Positions 11,757 to 22,404 of a stretch of DNA of 64,000 nt are shown here, in pieces. Position 1 is the stretch's first letter; the number at the start of each line of letters is the position of its first letter. Both the position numbers and the translations under genes were made by a program. The notes under the pieces were generated by a model. It was not told the DNA's origin. It was given only the letters and a program-made list of their open reading frames with translations, and ran no database searches. This DNA is from Heteronotia binoei (taxonomy: Eukaryota): positions 10,478,001 through 10,542,000 of the forward strand of contig NC_083237.1 in the NCBI RefSeq assembly GCF_032191835.1, written 5' to 3'.

Positions 11757-11827
11757 GTAAAGACTATCGTATTGTGTAAGGTTTAGTACATCCTACATAT
11801 AGGTAATTCTACCAAAAAAAGGGGGGG

Positions 11828-12025
11828 GTAAAGGTAGTCCCCTGTGCAAGCACCAGTCGTTTCTGACTCTGGGGTGACATTGCTTTCACAATGTTTTCAC
11901 GGCAGACTTTTTACGGGGTGGTTTGCCATTGCCTTCCCCAGTCATCTATGCTTTCCCCCCAGCAAGCAGGGGACTCATTTTACTGGCCTCAGAAGGATGG
12001 AAAGCTGAGTCAACCTGAATTCTAC
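11828..12025 (-). mobile_element. Sauria SINE 3' part (duplicate at 24020-24210)
   Basis: Reverse complement of the core and ACCTTT tail. Confidence 0.82.
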
Positions 12026-12144
12026 AAAATCTCAGTGTAAAAAACACCAAAAAAACCCAGTCTTTTCTAACAATCCTTGTCAGTGAATCATTCCATAATT
12101 TTTTTTTTCTATTTTTGGACCTAGTGTGTAACTAATTTTGTTTG

Positions 12145-12770
12145 AGACCACTGGCACCTTTAAGACCAACAAACTTTTATTCAAGGTATTGGCTTTTGCG
12201 TGCATGCACACTTCTTCAGATACAATGAAATGGAAATTGCCAGTTAAAATGCACAGGTAGAGGGATCCAAGTGGGCAGCCGTGTTGGCCTGAAGCAGTAG
12301 AACAAAATAGGAGTCCAGCAGCACCTTTAAGACCAGCAAAGCTTGATTCAGAATGTCAGCTTTCGTGTCCACGCACACTTCTTCAGACAAGGAATAAGGT
12401 ACAGTAAGCACAGCTACCTATAGCTTGTGGGGTTGAGAATGCAAAATGGTACAAAGTTAAAATCCAATAGCAGAATATTAAATTAACAAATTCAGAAAAC
12501 CTTTGATCTGGGTTGCGTTAGCATGGGAAACCAATGCAACAGTAACATATCAGAATGTGAAAATGTCTGTTAATTATTCTATTGCTTATAAGCCTGGGTC
12601 AAAATAAGGGCATAGGTAGAGGGTGAGCAGTTAATTAGCATACGGCATAATGAAGATATTTAACAGATTCAAGGACTAAACCGCAACAAGTTGAGTTTAT
12701 ATAGTTACCACATTTTTGAGTTTAATTCCAGGGGTACAACATAGTGAAGAAAATAAATATGTCAAAACTG
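12145..12770 (-). mobile_element. Penelope-like retroelement remnant with tandem terminal repeats (duplicate at 24345-24970)
   Basis: Two tandem copies of GCACCTTTAAGACC..TTTATTC..GCTTTC..CACACTTCTTCAGA, a pattern I recognise as reptile PLE termini, each with a hammerhead-like core on the minus strand. Confidence 0.6.
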
Positions 12771-12775
12771 GAGAT

Positions 12776-13306
12776 TAGAATCATGGAATCATAGAGTTGG
12801 AAGGGACCTCCAGGGTCATCTAGTCCAACCCCCTGCAGAATGCAGGAAACTCACAAATACCTCCCCCTAAATTCATAGCCTCTTCATTGCTGTCAGATGG
12901 CCATCTAGCCTCTGTTTAAAAACCTCCAAGGAAGGAGAGCCCACCACCTCCTGAGGAGGCCTGTTCCACTGAGGAACAGGAAGTTGAGCTGGAAACTCTT
13001 TTGATTTAATTTCAACCCATTGGTTCTGGTCCTACCTTCTGGGGCCACAGAAAACTATTCCACACCATCCTCTAGATGTCAACCCTTCAAGTACTTGAAG
13101 ATATTGATCGTATCATCTCTCAGCCACCTCCTCTCCAGGCTAAACATGCCCAGCTCCTTCAACCTTTCTTCATAGGACTTGGTCTCCAGAAACCTCACCA
13201 TCTTCGTTGCCCTCCTCTGCACCCGTTCCAGCTTGTCTATATCCTTCTTAAAATCTGGTGCCCAAAACTGAACACAATACTCCAGGTGCTGTCTTACCAG
13301 AGCAGA
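12776..13306 (-). mobile_element. CR1 3' fragment
   Basis: [11 protein letters not shown]...[11 protein letters not shown] on the minus strand; ATTCT(A)TG-type tail at the left end. Confidence 0.88.
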
Positions 13307-13444
13307 TTGATGGGCAGATGTGGATTGCCCATCCATCAGTTGTGGAATGCTGAGAGTAATTAAATGAGATCTTTCTGTTTGTTATTCTTGTTTGGCCCTA
13401 GAATCTGTTAAACACCTTCATTATGCTGCAAGCTAATTCACTAG

Positions 13445-13595
13445 TCACTCTCTACTTTATATGTATGGACTGGCAATTTCCATTTCATTGTGTCTTAGAA
13501 AACAGTGTGCATATGAAAGCTTATATTTTGTATCAAATTTTGTTGGTCTTAAAGGTGCCACTGGACTCAAACTTCATTCTGCTGCTTCAGATTAA
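13445..13595 (+). mobile_element. Inverted Penelope-like terminal repeat (duplicate at about 25660-25810)
   Basis: ACTGGCAATTTCCATTTCATTGT is the reverse complement of 12222-12244; followed by GAAAGCTTATA..TTGTTGGTCTTAAAGGTGCC. Confidence 0.6.
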
Positions 13596-13845
13596 ATGTG
13601 ACTACCCACCTGAAAGCAATTTTGTTGCTAGCACAGTGGAATTTTAAAATTGATCGATAACGGAATCTTTCCTAAAGGATTTCCCCCCCTTTCTTGATCA
13701 CTGTTTATGTGACAATTTTATTACAGGATATGTGTCTGCCCTGGGTCACCCAATAAGTTTCAAGGACAAGACTGCATTTGCATCTAAATTTCCTGCCTCT
13801 CAGCCTTTTGAGAGGGTTAGTTGGTATTTTGCAGCCACCAAGGTG

Positions 13846-14808
13846 ATGATGAATTCATCAACCATAACTGAATTTATCCTAGTGGGGATTCCATTTCTCT
13901 ACGATCTACACAGGGTTTTCTTTTTCATAGGCTTATTTATGTACATTGTAGCCATCCTAGGGAATGGATTTATCCTTGTCATTGTGGCCATTGAGCCAAG
14001 ACTTCAGACACCCATGTACTTCTTCCTGAGCAACCTGGCTTTTTTGGAGATCTGCTACACCACGACCGTGGTACCCAAGCTGCTACAAACACTGATAGAA
14101 ACAAAGACCACAATTTGTTTCCATTGCTGCATGGCCCAGAACTTCTTCCACTTCACATTTGGAAGTACAGAGCTTTTAATCCTTACAGTGATGTCCTTCG
14201 ACCGTTATTTGGCCATATGCAAACCACTCCGATATCCAATGATCATGACCAAGAATGTTTGCATGCAGTTGTCCTTGACCACTTGGTACTTCTCATTCAT
14301 AGTCGTGTTTTTTCAATGTCTCCTTGTCTGGAAGATGTCTTTCTGTGCTTCCAACATTGTTGATCATTTCTTCTGTGATTTTGCACCCCTGTTCAGTCTA
14401 GCATGTAATGACACTCGCCTCAGTGAGCTTCTGGAATTGCTCAGCGCTGTCGTAATTGTTATTTTGACCTTGATCTTTACCATAGTCTCCTATATCTACA
14501 TCATCTCCACCATAATGCACATTCCTTCAGCTGTTGGGCGCAAGAAGGCTTTCTCCACCTGTACTTCTCACATGATTGTAGTGTCGATATTGTACGGAGC
14601 ACTGATAGTCATGTACGTGAAGCCCACTCTGCATTCCTCATCTCGCTTAACCAGGGTACTAGCGGTGCTGAACACTTCCCTCATTCCAATGTTGAACCCT
14701 TTCATTTACACAATAAGGAATGCAGAAGTGAAGGCTGCTGTCAGGGATGCGATCAATAAGAAGAGACAGTCGCTGAATGAAGAGTTTTTTAAGTGTAAAG
14801 GTCGGTAA
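13846..14808 (+). CDS. Olfactory receptor, family-6-like (subfamily B, copy 1), from MMNSS
   Basis: Full OR motif set (LQTPMYFFL, MSFDRYLAICKPLRY, KAFSTCTSH, PMLNPFIY); acceptor TTTTGCAG ends 13834. The ORF-track start at 13732 is a GTG. Confidence 0.95.
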   Translation: MMNSSTITEFILVGIPFLYDLHRVFFFIGLFMYIVAILGNGFILVIVAIEPRLQTPMYFFLSNLAFLEICYTTTVVPKLLQTLIETKTTICFHCCMAQNFFHFTFGSTELLILTVMSFDRYLAICKPLRYPMIMTKNVCMQLSLTTWYFSFIVVFFQCLLVWKMSFCASNIVDHFFCDFAPLFSLACNDTRLSELLELLSAVVIVILTLIFTIVSYIYIISTIMHIPSAVGRKKAFSTCTSHMIVVSILYGALIVMYVKPTLHSSSRLTRVLAVLNTSLIPMLNPFIYTIRNAEVKAAVRDAINKKRQSLNEEFFKCKGR

Positions 14809-15894
14809 ATAATATTTGTGACGTGAGAAAGCTAAGAGCAGAACACATAAAGATACAAGCACTGTTACTGATGTAGTTGGTGGAACTGTGATTGGCGTCA
14901 TGGAACTTACAATATTCTGCTGGGGTGACCAAGAGTCTCCTGAACAAATGGAGCCTGGTTTCATCTTTGCTATGAAATTGCTTCATTTTTTTTTTTATAG
15001 ACAAGTCATCTGAAATCTAGCAGAAGGGCTTCACAAGCAAAGAACCTCATGAATTGTCTTGTTGAATTACTTTCAATTTGAAATAAGTTGTATTTAGGAT
15101 AATTTTGCATCACTGAGTTCAGTGCTGGCAGCTGAGTGTGGCACTGCTGTTGACACAAACTCACAAAATCAGTGAGCTACGTGAGCATGTGTCAACAACA
15201 GCTCCGCATTTAGCCATCAATTTGGGCAGATAATGCATAATTTCAAATCATCTAAAATGGTAGTGCTCTCTCTCTCTCTCATCACATTCTTCAGGTCAAT
15301 GCATCCCGATAATATACTGGATAGACTTATAGTTCTCATGTAACACTGAGAGAAGTCACAGAGCTGTTGTGATCCAGTGCACAGCACAGGCTTGATGCAA
15401 ACATTTTTAGGCTTTGGGCATCAGGATGGGAAAATGAAAAGGCAGGAATATTAGGAAGACCAGTTATACACCTACCACCAACCCTACCCAGTAATATCAA
15501 AACAATGAAGGAATGTGACCTTTCACTGAGGGTTTGAAATTATCCCTGACCAAATCATTAACACTGTCTTGGGGGAAATGCAGTGTACACCTCAGTGTCC
15601 TCTGAAGGTTTGTGGGTTGTAACGGTTATGATTGTCGCCACCGACTTGGGCTATATATAGGAGTCTGAGAAACTATCCAACACCACCATGTACAAAGTTC
15701 AGCATATTTTAAAATATGGGACATATTAGCTACTGGAGATTCTAGAACGTTATATATTTGTACTACAAGTAGGGGAAATTCAGTTTTCATGATCTAGATT
15801 CCAAATATTGTAGCTTCACTAACTGCATTAATGAAAGTTTCAGAGGGCAGCTGTGTTGGTCTGAACAGCTAGATCTGATGGAGAGTGTTTTGAT

Positions 15895-16320
15895 GGAGAG
15901 TTTTCAGCTAAACATTTGGAAGAACTTCCTGACAGAGTGGTTCCTCAATAGAACAGGCTTCCTCGGGAGGTGGTGGGCTCTCCTTTGAAAGTCTTTAAAC
16001 AGAGGCTAGATGGCTATCTGACTGCAATGACAATCCTGTGAACTTAGATCATGAGAAGGAGGGCAGGAAGGGTTGCATCAGTGCTTAGTTCTCTTGATCT
16101 TTTCTCACTTGCCCCGGGAAGTGCTATTCACTGATTTGGAGTCAGATAACAATTATTCTCTAGGACAATTTGGCCAGAGACCCTGGAGGCTTTTTACTAT
16201 CTTCTGGGCATGGAACAGGGGGCACTGTGTGTGTAGGGGGGGAGTATTTTTGAATTTTCTGCATTGTGAATGGATTGGACTAGATGACCCTGGAGGCCTC
16301 TTCCAACTCTATGATTCTGT
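15895..16320 (+). mobile_element. CR1 3' fragment (duplicated at about 28137-28575)
   Basis: GGAAGAACTTCCTGACAG...GGAGGTGGTGGGCTCTCC...TTCCAACTCTATGATTCT. Confidence 0.7.
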
Positions 16321-16594
16321 TACTCCCAAAAGGTCATACCTTGAAAATCTTGTTGGTTTCTAAGGTGCTACTGGACTCAAAACTAGCTGCAATGTGATTG
16401 ACAAAAGACAGGGAGCCATTATCCTATTTAGATAAAGGATATTTTCCTTTGGCATGGATATCAGATTAAAACAATGTATTCCTTCCTGTTTTGCACAGTC
16501 AGGATACATAACCAGTGAGCAGCTAGAGACAGAAATTCTCAGAAGGAATAGTCAAGAGTTATTTGATGAGGGGACTGCCTTCTCTAAATGACAC

Positions 16595-16781
16595 NNNNNN
16601 NNNNNNNNNNNNNNNNNNNNNNNNNNNNNNNNNNNNNNNNNNNNNNNNNNNNNNNNNNNNNNNNNNNNNNNNNNNNNNNNNNNNNNNNNNNNNNNNNNNN
16701 NNNNNNNNNNNNNNNNNNNNNNNNNNNNNNNNNNNNNNNNNNNNNNNNNNNNNNNNNNNNNNNNNNNNNNNNNNNNNNNNN
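16595..16781. other. Assembly gap (N); others at 28854-29064 and 38086-38244
   Basis: Runs of N; the first two lie at the same position in the duplicated units. Confidence 1.
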
Positions 16782-17515
16782 TAAAGATGATTTCTAGGCC
16801 TGCCAGTGAACCTTCTGATAGTACCTGGGTTGTGGCCACTGAGTGACACAGAGTGTTGGACTGGATGGGCCATTGGCCTGATCCAACGTGGCTTCTCTTA
16901 TGTTCTGATGTTCTTATAGACAAATGTCAAAAATTCAACATGTTAATTTTAGTTCATTTTTTTCTGAACACTCACTGTAAAGTGTGTCTTGTATTTCGAT
17001 GAATAAATGTGCGTGGAAATCTTTTCACCTAGTACTTCCTGACAAGTAATACTCAGAAACTGAAAACAGTAAAGAACATACATACAGTGATTTTTACATA
17101 CATTCCTGAGAAGAATATACCCCCCGAGTCTTCAAAATAGCTACAATCAGTTCTTGTGGCAGTGAATTACGTGTCTTAATTACTCAGTTACTCTCCCTAA
17201 CCTATATTATGTCCATGTATTTAACCTTGGAATAAATTTGCCAAATTAGTGCTTGTGTGTGGGGAGGGTCATCCTCATGAGTCTAAAGATCCTTATCAAG
17301 CAATAAATTGATGATCTCGTTGGTAATTTTATTTAAAACACTCACGAAGCATTTTCTATATGTTCAAGGGAAGAACTAAAAGCTGAAAATGAGGCATGGA
17401 AAAAAAATCAAAGCAGGCAAGACCATCTATCAATTAATGACAAACACTGTTGTGGGCCCAGGAGCACTGAGAGGACACAGATGAGGAATGACTACAGTGA
17501 TTTTGGAGTTGTAAA

Positions 17516-20500
17516 GCAGATAGATAGATAGATAGATAATTTTATTTGTATCCCGCCCTCCCCGCCGAGGCAGGCTCAGGGCGGCTAACAACATCATACA
17601 AATTTCAATTATACAAAAAGCAAAAAACACAAAATTACATTTAAGCATTAAAATTCTGATTAGGTTTAAAATTAGTTAATTAAGTTAATAAAAGTGCTAA
17701 TACTGTTCTTTAGGATGGCGGTTATCATTAACAATTTCTTCCTTCGTCAGCGAAAGCTAGTCGGAAGAGGAAGGTCTTGCAGGCCCTGCGGAATTGTTCA
17801 AGGTCCCGCAGGGCCCGCATTTCCTCTGGAAGTTGGTTCCATAGGCTCGGGGCTACAGAGGAGAAGGCCCGGTTACGGGTACATTGCAGCTTCACCTCTC
17901 TCGGTCCGGGAGTAGTCAACAAGTTTTTTCCAGCTGACCTCAGTGCTCTCTGGGGTTCATATGGGGAGAGACGGTCCCTAAGGTAGACAGGTCCTCGACC
18001 ATATAGGGCTTTAAAGGTAATGACCAGCACTTTGTAACGAACCCGGTATGTAACTGGCAGCCAGTGCAGCTCGCGCAGTCCAGGCTGTATGTGCTCCCAT
18101 TTAGGAAGCCCCAGCAACAGCCTAGCCGCCGCATTCTGCACCAGCTGCAGCTTCCGGGTTCGGTACAGAGGCAGCCCCATGTAGAGGGCATTACAGTAAT
18201 CCAGTCTCGAGGTGACCGTTGCATGAAGTACCGTTGCCAGATCTTGGCGCTCTAGGAAGGGAGCCAACTGCCTTGCCCGCCTTAGATGGAAAAAGGCTGA
18301 CTTGGCGGTGGCTGCAATCTGGGCCTCCATTGATAATGAAGGCTCCAGTAAAACTCCCAGACTCCTAACCCGGTGCGCCGCTTTCAGCGGCACCCCGTCG
18401 AAGACCGGAAGAGGTATTTCCCCTTCCCGAGCGCCCCGACCCAGACAAAGGACTTCTGTCTTCGCTGGATTCAATTTCAGCCCGCTCCTCCTCAACCAAG
18501 TTGCCATATCCTGCAAGGCCCGGTCTAAATTCTCAGGGACGCAGTCAGGCCGGCCGTCCATCAGCAGATAGAGTTGGGTGTCATCTGCGTATTGATGGCA
18601 CCCAAGTCCGTATCCCCTGGCAATCTGGGCAAGAGGGCGCATGTAGATATTGAATAACATTGGTGAGAGAACTGCCCCCTGGGGCACTCCACAGTCCAGT
18701 GTGCGCCTCCGGGACCGCTCGCCCCCAATAGCCACCCTTTGTCCCCGATCCTCGAGGAAGGAGGAGAGCCACTGTAAGGCAGACCCCCTCACCCCTATGT
18801 CGGCGAGGCGGCAGGTCAGTAGCCGATGGTCGACCGTGTCGAACGCGGCCGACAGATCTAGCAGCATCAGCACCGCCACACCACCCCGATCCAGATGCCG
18901 TTGGAGATCATCTACCAGGGCGACCAGTACTGTCTCCGTCCCATAGCCCGGGCGAAAGCCGGACTGGCAAGGGTCTAGGATGGAAGCGTCATCCAGAAAG
19001 CTCTGCAACTGCAACGCCACTGCCCTCTCTATTATTTTACCTAAAAATGGTAAATTGGAGACCGGTCGGTAGTTTGCCAATTCGGCCGGGTCTGCTGTAC
19101 TTTTTTTCAAGAGGGGTCGGACCAAAGCCTCTTTCAGAGATGATGGAAAACGCCCCTCCAAGAGGGATCTATTTATGATGTCCCGTAGAGGACAATCTAG
19201 CTCCCTCAGGCAGGATTTAATTAGCCAGGAGGGGCATGGGTCCAGATCACAAGTTGTAGGGCGTGCAGAGGAGAGGATTCCGTCAACTTCCTCCAGGCTG
19301 AGCGGGTCGAAATGATCCAGAGTTAAATCAGAAGACAGGCGTGGGGCCTCGGGCTCATGTACTGTGTCTAAGGTGATGGGCAAGTCTTGGCGGAGTGACG
19401 TGATTTTGTCTGCAAAAAATCTCGCAAAAGCCTCACAGCCTATTTCTGATTCACTAGCGTTTGGTCTGCCCTGGGGCAGCGTAGTTAAATGTCCAATTAT
19501 TTTAAACAATTGCGCCGGGCGCGAGTTTGCAGACGCAATCTTGGCCGCGAAGTACTTCTTCTTCGCGGCCTTGACTGCCATCTCATACGACCTCATAAAC
19601 GTTCTGTAGGATGTTCTCGCCGCTTCGCCACGAGTGCGCCGCCACTGCCTCTCTAGTCGTCGGAGTCCTTGTTTCAACCGGCGTAGCTCCGAGGTATACC
19701 AGGGAGCCAGCCTTGAACGAGGGCGCAGAGGACGTCGGGGTGCGATCTCGTTGATTGCCCCAGATAGCCGGTCTTGCCAGGCATCAACCAGGGCATCAAG
19801 GGAATCGCAAGGGGGCCAAGGATCCCGAAGAGCCATTTGGAACCGTTCCGGGTCCATCAGGCTCCGCGGGCGAGCCAAAATAGGCTCTCCGCCCTTACAG
19901 GGTTGAGGTAGCGTCTCCATACGGGCCTTGAGGGCCAAGTGATCCGACCATGGTATCGCCTCCGTTGCGATTTCGTTCACTTTAATCCCGGCCGCAAAGA
20001 TCAGATCTAATGTGTGCCCAGCCTGGTGCGTGGGAGTCGTGACAAATTGGGAGAGTCCTAGTGTCGCCATGGAAGACACTAGGTCCATCGCCCGAATGGA
20101 AGCCGCGTCATCGGCATGGACATTGAAGTCGCCCAGGACTACGAGCCCCGGGTACTCCAACGCCCAGCCGGACACCGCCTCCATCAGGGATGGTAAGGCG
20201 CTGGCCGGTGCGTTAGGCGGATGGTACACCAGCCAGATCGCCAACCTCTCCCCGACTTCCCACGCAAGGCCGACACACTCAATACCGTCAATCTTTGGGG
20301 CCGGGAGGGCCCGGAAGGAGTAAGCCTCCCGTATGAAAATCGCCACCCCGCCACCCCGCCCGCTAATCCGCGACTGGTGGAAGACCGAGTAACCTGGGGG
20401 AGTCATCTGGGAGAGTGCCGTCGTCTCTCCCTCTTGAACCCAGGTCTCGGTCACGCAAGCCAGGTCAGCATCCTGCCGAAGCAGGAAGTCCCTGATGGTC

Positions 20501-20975
20501 TCGGTCTTATTATTTATAGACCTGGCGTTGCATAACACCAGTGTCGGACGCGGGCAATTTCTCTTGGTCCCTCTACTTGTCACCGTTGGGATGGGAAGTA
20601 GACTAGAAGGGGGCTGAGCACTGTTTTGTCTCTGTCTCCTTCTCTCGTATCTCTGTCCATTCCCACCGTCATATCTTCCCCTCCCCAGGAGCACTGGAAT
20701 CCCCTGACCGGACATCCCAAGCCTATTCTTTGGTGGTTGTATTAAAGTTCAACTGACTAACTTGAATACACAGCACAGACCCCCAGCCCACCCCTGTCCT
20801 CAGTTCCCAATTATCCAGTTCACCAATCTTTCCAAATTGATTAGTAAATAAATAAGTCTTACTTAGCACAATACTAAAATCTAATTCCTAAAATTTAAAG
20901 TGCTAACGTTAATAAATAATTGGTTAAATATGCTTAGTCCTGTCATAGCTTAGTCCTGTCATAGCAGTCATAGCT
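17516..20975 (-). mobile_element. Young L2 LINE; 3' end with (TATC)n tail near 17516, 5' boundary approximate
   Basis: 3' UTR ends GCCGCCCTGAGCC...GGGCGGGATACAAATAAAAT plus microsatellite; CpG-rich; no ORF1 seen. Confidence 0.8.
17728..20715 (-). CDS. L2-clade LINE ORF2: APE endonuclease plus reverse transcriptase, uninterrupted 995 aa
   Basis: EN motifs CNARSI, VTETW, GGGVA, LGDFN, SDH; RT motifs LDLSAAFDTVDH, GVPQG, YADD; L2-type C-terminus SRLDYCNAL, LQLVQNAAARLL, LHWLPV. Confidence 0.93.
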   Translation of the reverse strand: MSGQGIPVLLGRGRYDGGNGQRYERRRQRQNSAQPPSSLLPIPTVTSRGTKRNCPRPTLVLCNARSINNKTETIRDFLLRQDADLACVTETWVQEGETTALSQMTPPGYSVFHQSRISGRGGGVAIFIREAYSFRALPAPKIDGIECVGLAWEVGERLAIWLVYHPPNAPASALPSLMEAVSGWALEYPGLVVLGDFNVHADDAASIRAMDLVSSMATLGLSQFVTTPTHQAGHTLDLIFAAGIKVNEIATEAIPWSDHLALKARMETLPQPCKGGEPILARPRSLMDPERFQMALRDPWPPCDSLDALVDAWQDRLSGAINEIAPRRPLRPRSRLAPWYTSELRRLKQGLRRLERQWRRTRGEAARTSYRTFMRSYEMAVKAAKKKYFAAKIASANSRPAQLFKIIGHLTTLPQGRPNASESEIGCEAFARFFADKITSLRQDLPITLDTVHEPEAPRLSSDLTLDHFDPLSLEEVDGILSSARPTTCDLDPCPSWLIKSCLRELDCPLRDIINRSLLEGRFPSSLKEALVRPLLKKSTADPAELANYRPVSNLPFLGKIIERAVALQLQSFLDDASILDPCQSGFRPGYGTETVLVALVDDLQRHLDRGGVAVLMLLDLSAAFDTVDHRLLTCRLADIGVRGSALQWLSSFLEDRGQRVAIGGERSRRRTLDCGVPQGAVLSPMLFNIYMRPLAQIARGYGLGCHQYADDTQLYLLMDGRPDCVPENLDRALQDMATWLRRSGLKLNPAKTEVLCLGRGAREGEIPLPVFDGVPLKAAHRVRSLGVLLEPSLSMEAQIAATAKSAFFHLRRARQLAPFLERQDLATVLHATVTSRLDYCNALYMGLPLYRTRKLQLVQNAAARLLLGLPKWEHIQPGLRELHWLPVTYRVRYKVLVITFKALYGRGPVYLRDRLSPYEPQRALRSAGKNLLTTPGPREVKLQCTRNRAFSSVAPSLWNQLPEEMRALRDLEQFRRACKTFLFRLAFADEGRNC

Positions 20976-22071
20976 TTTATGGGTACACCACAAGACCACT
21001 GTCACAGCAATCTGAGGCCGAGATTTGGGCTCCCCCCTTGAGAGGGGGGGGAATGGCGCCAGCAATCTCTGGTTCTATTGGTCACTGGGTGACCTTGGGT
21101 ACTCAGTGGCCAGTCCCCCACCAGATGATCCAGTGACCTTCAGCCTGGGTCGACTACCTCCAAATGGAAGTGGCATGGCTTGCCAATGATCTCTAGCTTG
21201 AAACCCCAGCATTGTTCCAACATGAAACACCTGGCAGCCTTGTCTGGAGGAGGCCACTGCCTTGGTCCTGACATGCAAATGACCTCAGACCTGGGCTGCT
21301 GCCCCCCACTTCTCTAGGTGGTGGTGGGGTTATTTCAACATCTTTCCTTCCATGATGGCTTGGGAAGTAGGGTTGCTAATCCTCAGTTGGGGGCAGGGGA
21401 TCCCCCAGTTTGGAGGCCCTTCCCTCACTTCAGGGTTATCATAAAGTGTGAGGAGAGGGAAATGTCTGCTGGGCACTCCATAATACTTCAAGATTGGTTC
21501 CCATTGAGTTTAATGGAGAATTAATCTGTGGACATCTGGGGCAGTGTTCCCTCTAAACTGAGTTAGCATGAGCTAGCTCTCAGATTTTTAGCCTCCAGCT
21601 CACACATTTTTGTCTTAGTTCAAGAAAAATGACCCCAGAGCAAACTAATTTATGCAGCAGCTTGTAACTTTAAATGCCAGTAACTCTTCAAAGTAGAATT
21701 TTTGATCACATGACTCCACATCTTAGAGGGAACATTGCAGGTCTTTGGTGGGGGGGGGGTTGCTTGTTGAAGTAGAGGCACCATTTTTTCAGCATAGATC
21801 TCGTGCCTCTCCTCAAAAAAATGTTTCAAAAACATTGAACTTGGGACTCCAATTCTATGAATCCCAAAAAATGCCCCTATCCTCCATTATTTCCAAATGG
21901 AGGGAAGGCATTAAAAAGGTCCCTTTAAATATGATGGCCAGAACTCTCTTTGGAGTTCAATCATGCTTGTCACAACCTTACTTCTGTCTCCATCCCCAAA
22001 GTCTCCTGGCTCCACCCCCAAAGTCTTCAGATATTTCTTGAGTCAGACATGGCAGCCCTACTGGGAGCGGG

Positions 22072-22404
22072 TGTCATGTTCTCAGGGTGCAGGCAGGCAG
22101 GAGTCCAGAGCCAGTCCAAGGTCAAAGTCCAGGAAGTCAAGCTGGACTCTGCTAGAACTCAGGGCTGAGAGATCTGAAGCATAGGCGTGCCTCATATCTT
22201 AGCTCTGAAAGTTCTTTCCGGAGCCTGCTTCGAACTCTTGAGATGGGAGGAGGAGAGCTTGAAGGAGATTGATCGTCAACAGCTGACACTGGTGCCTGGA
22301 GAGTGATTGATGGGCCAGCTGCTGTTTGTTCAGCTGAGGAACTGGCTGGCAGCTCTTCCAGGTCTGTTAACCATTCCAGCTCCTCCTCATCAGGGTTCAT
22401 GACA
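22072..22404. mobile_element. Probable solo LTR (duplicate at 29541-29887)
   Basis: Ends TGTCATG...CATGACA; 5-bp TSD GCGGG/GTGGG (one CpG-type transition). Confidence 0.65.

Noticed and set aside
16552-16923. ORFs spanning N runs (also 28806-29157, 38051-38329)
   Set aside because: Artefacts of translating gaps.
17777-20535. Plus-strand and alternative-frame ORFs over the L2, and antisense ORFs over the ORs
   Set aside because: Shadow ORFs of GC-rich or coding sequence with no recognisable motifs.
22152-22400. Acidic/Ser-rich ORF conserved at 29635-29883
   Set aside because: Lies wholly inside the duplicated solo-LTR-like element, so conservation reflects the recent duplication.
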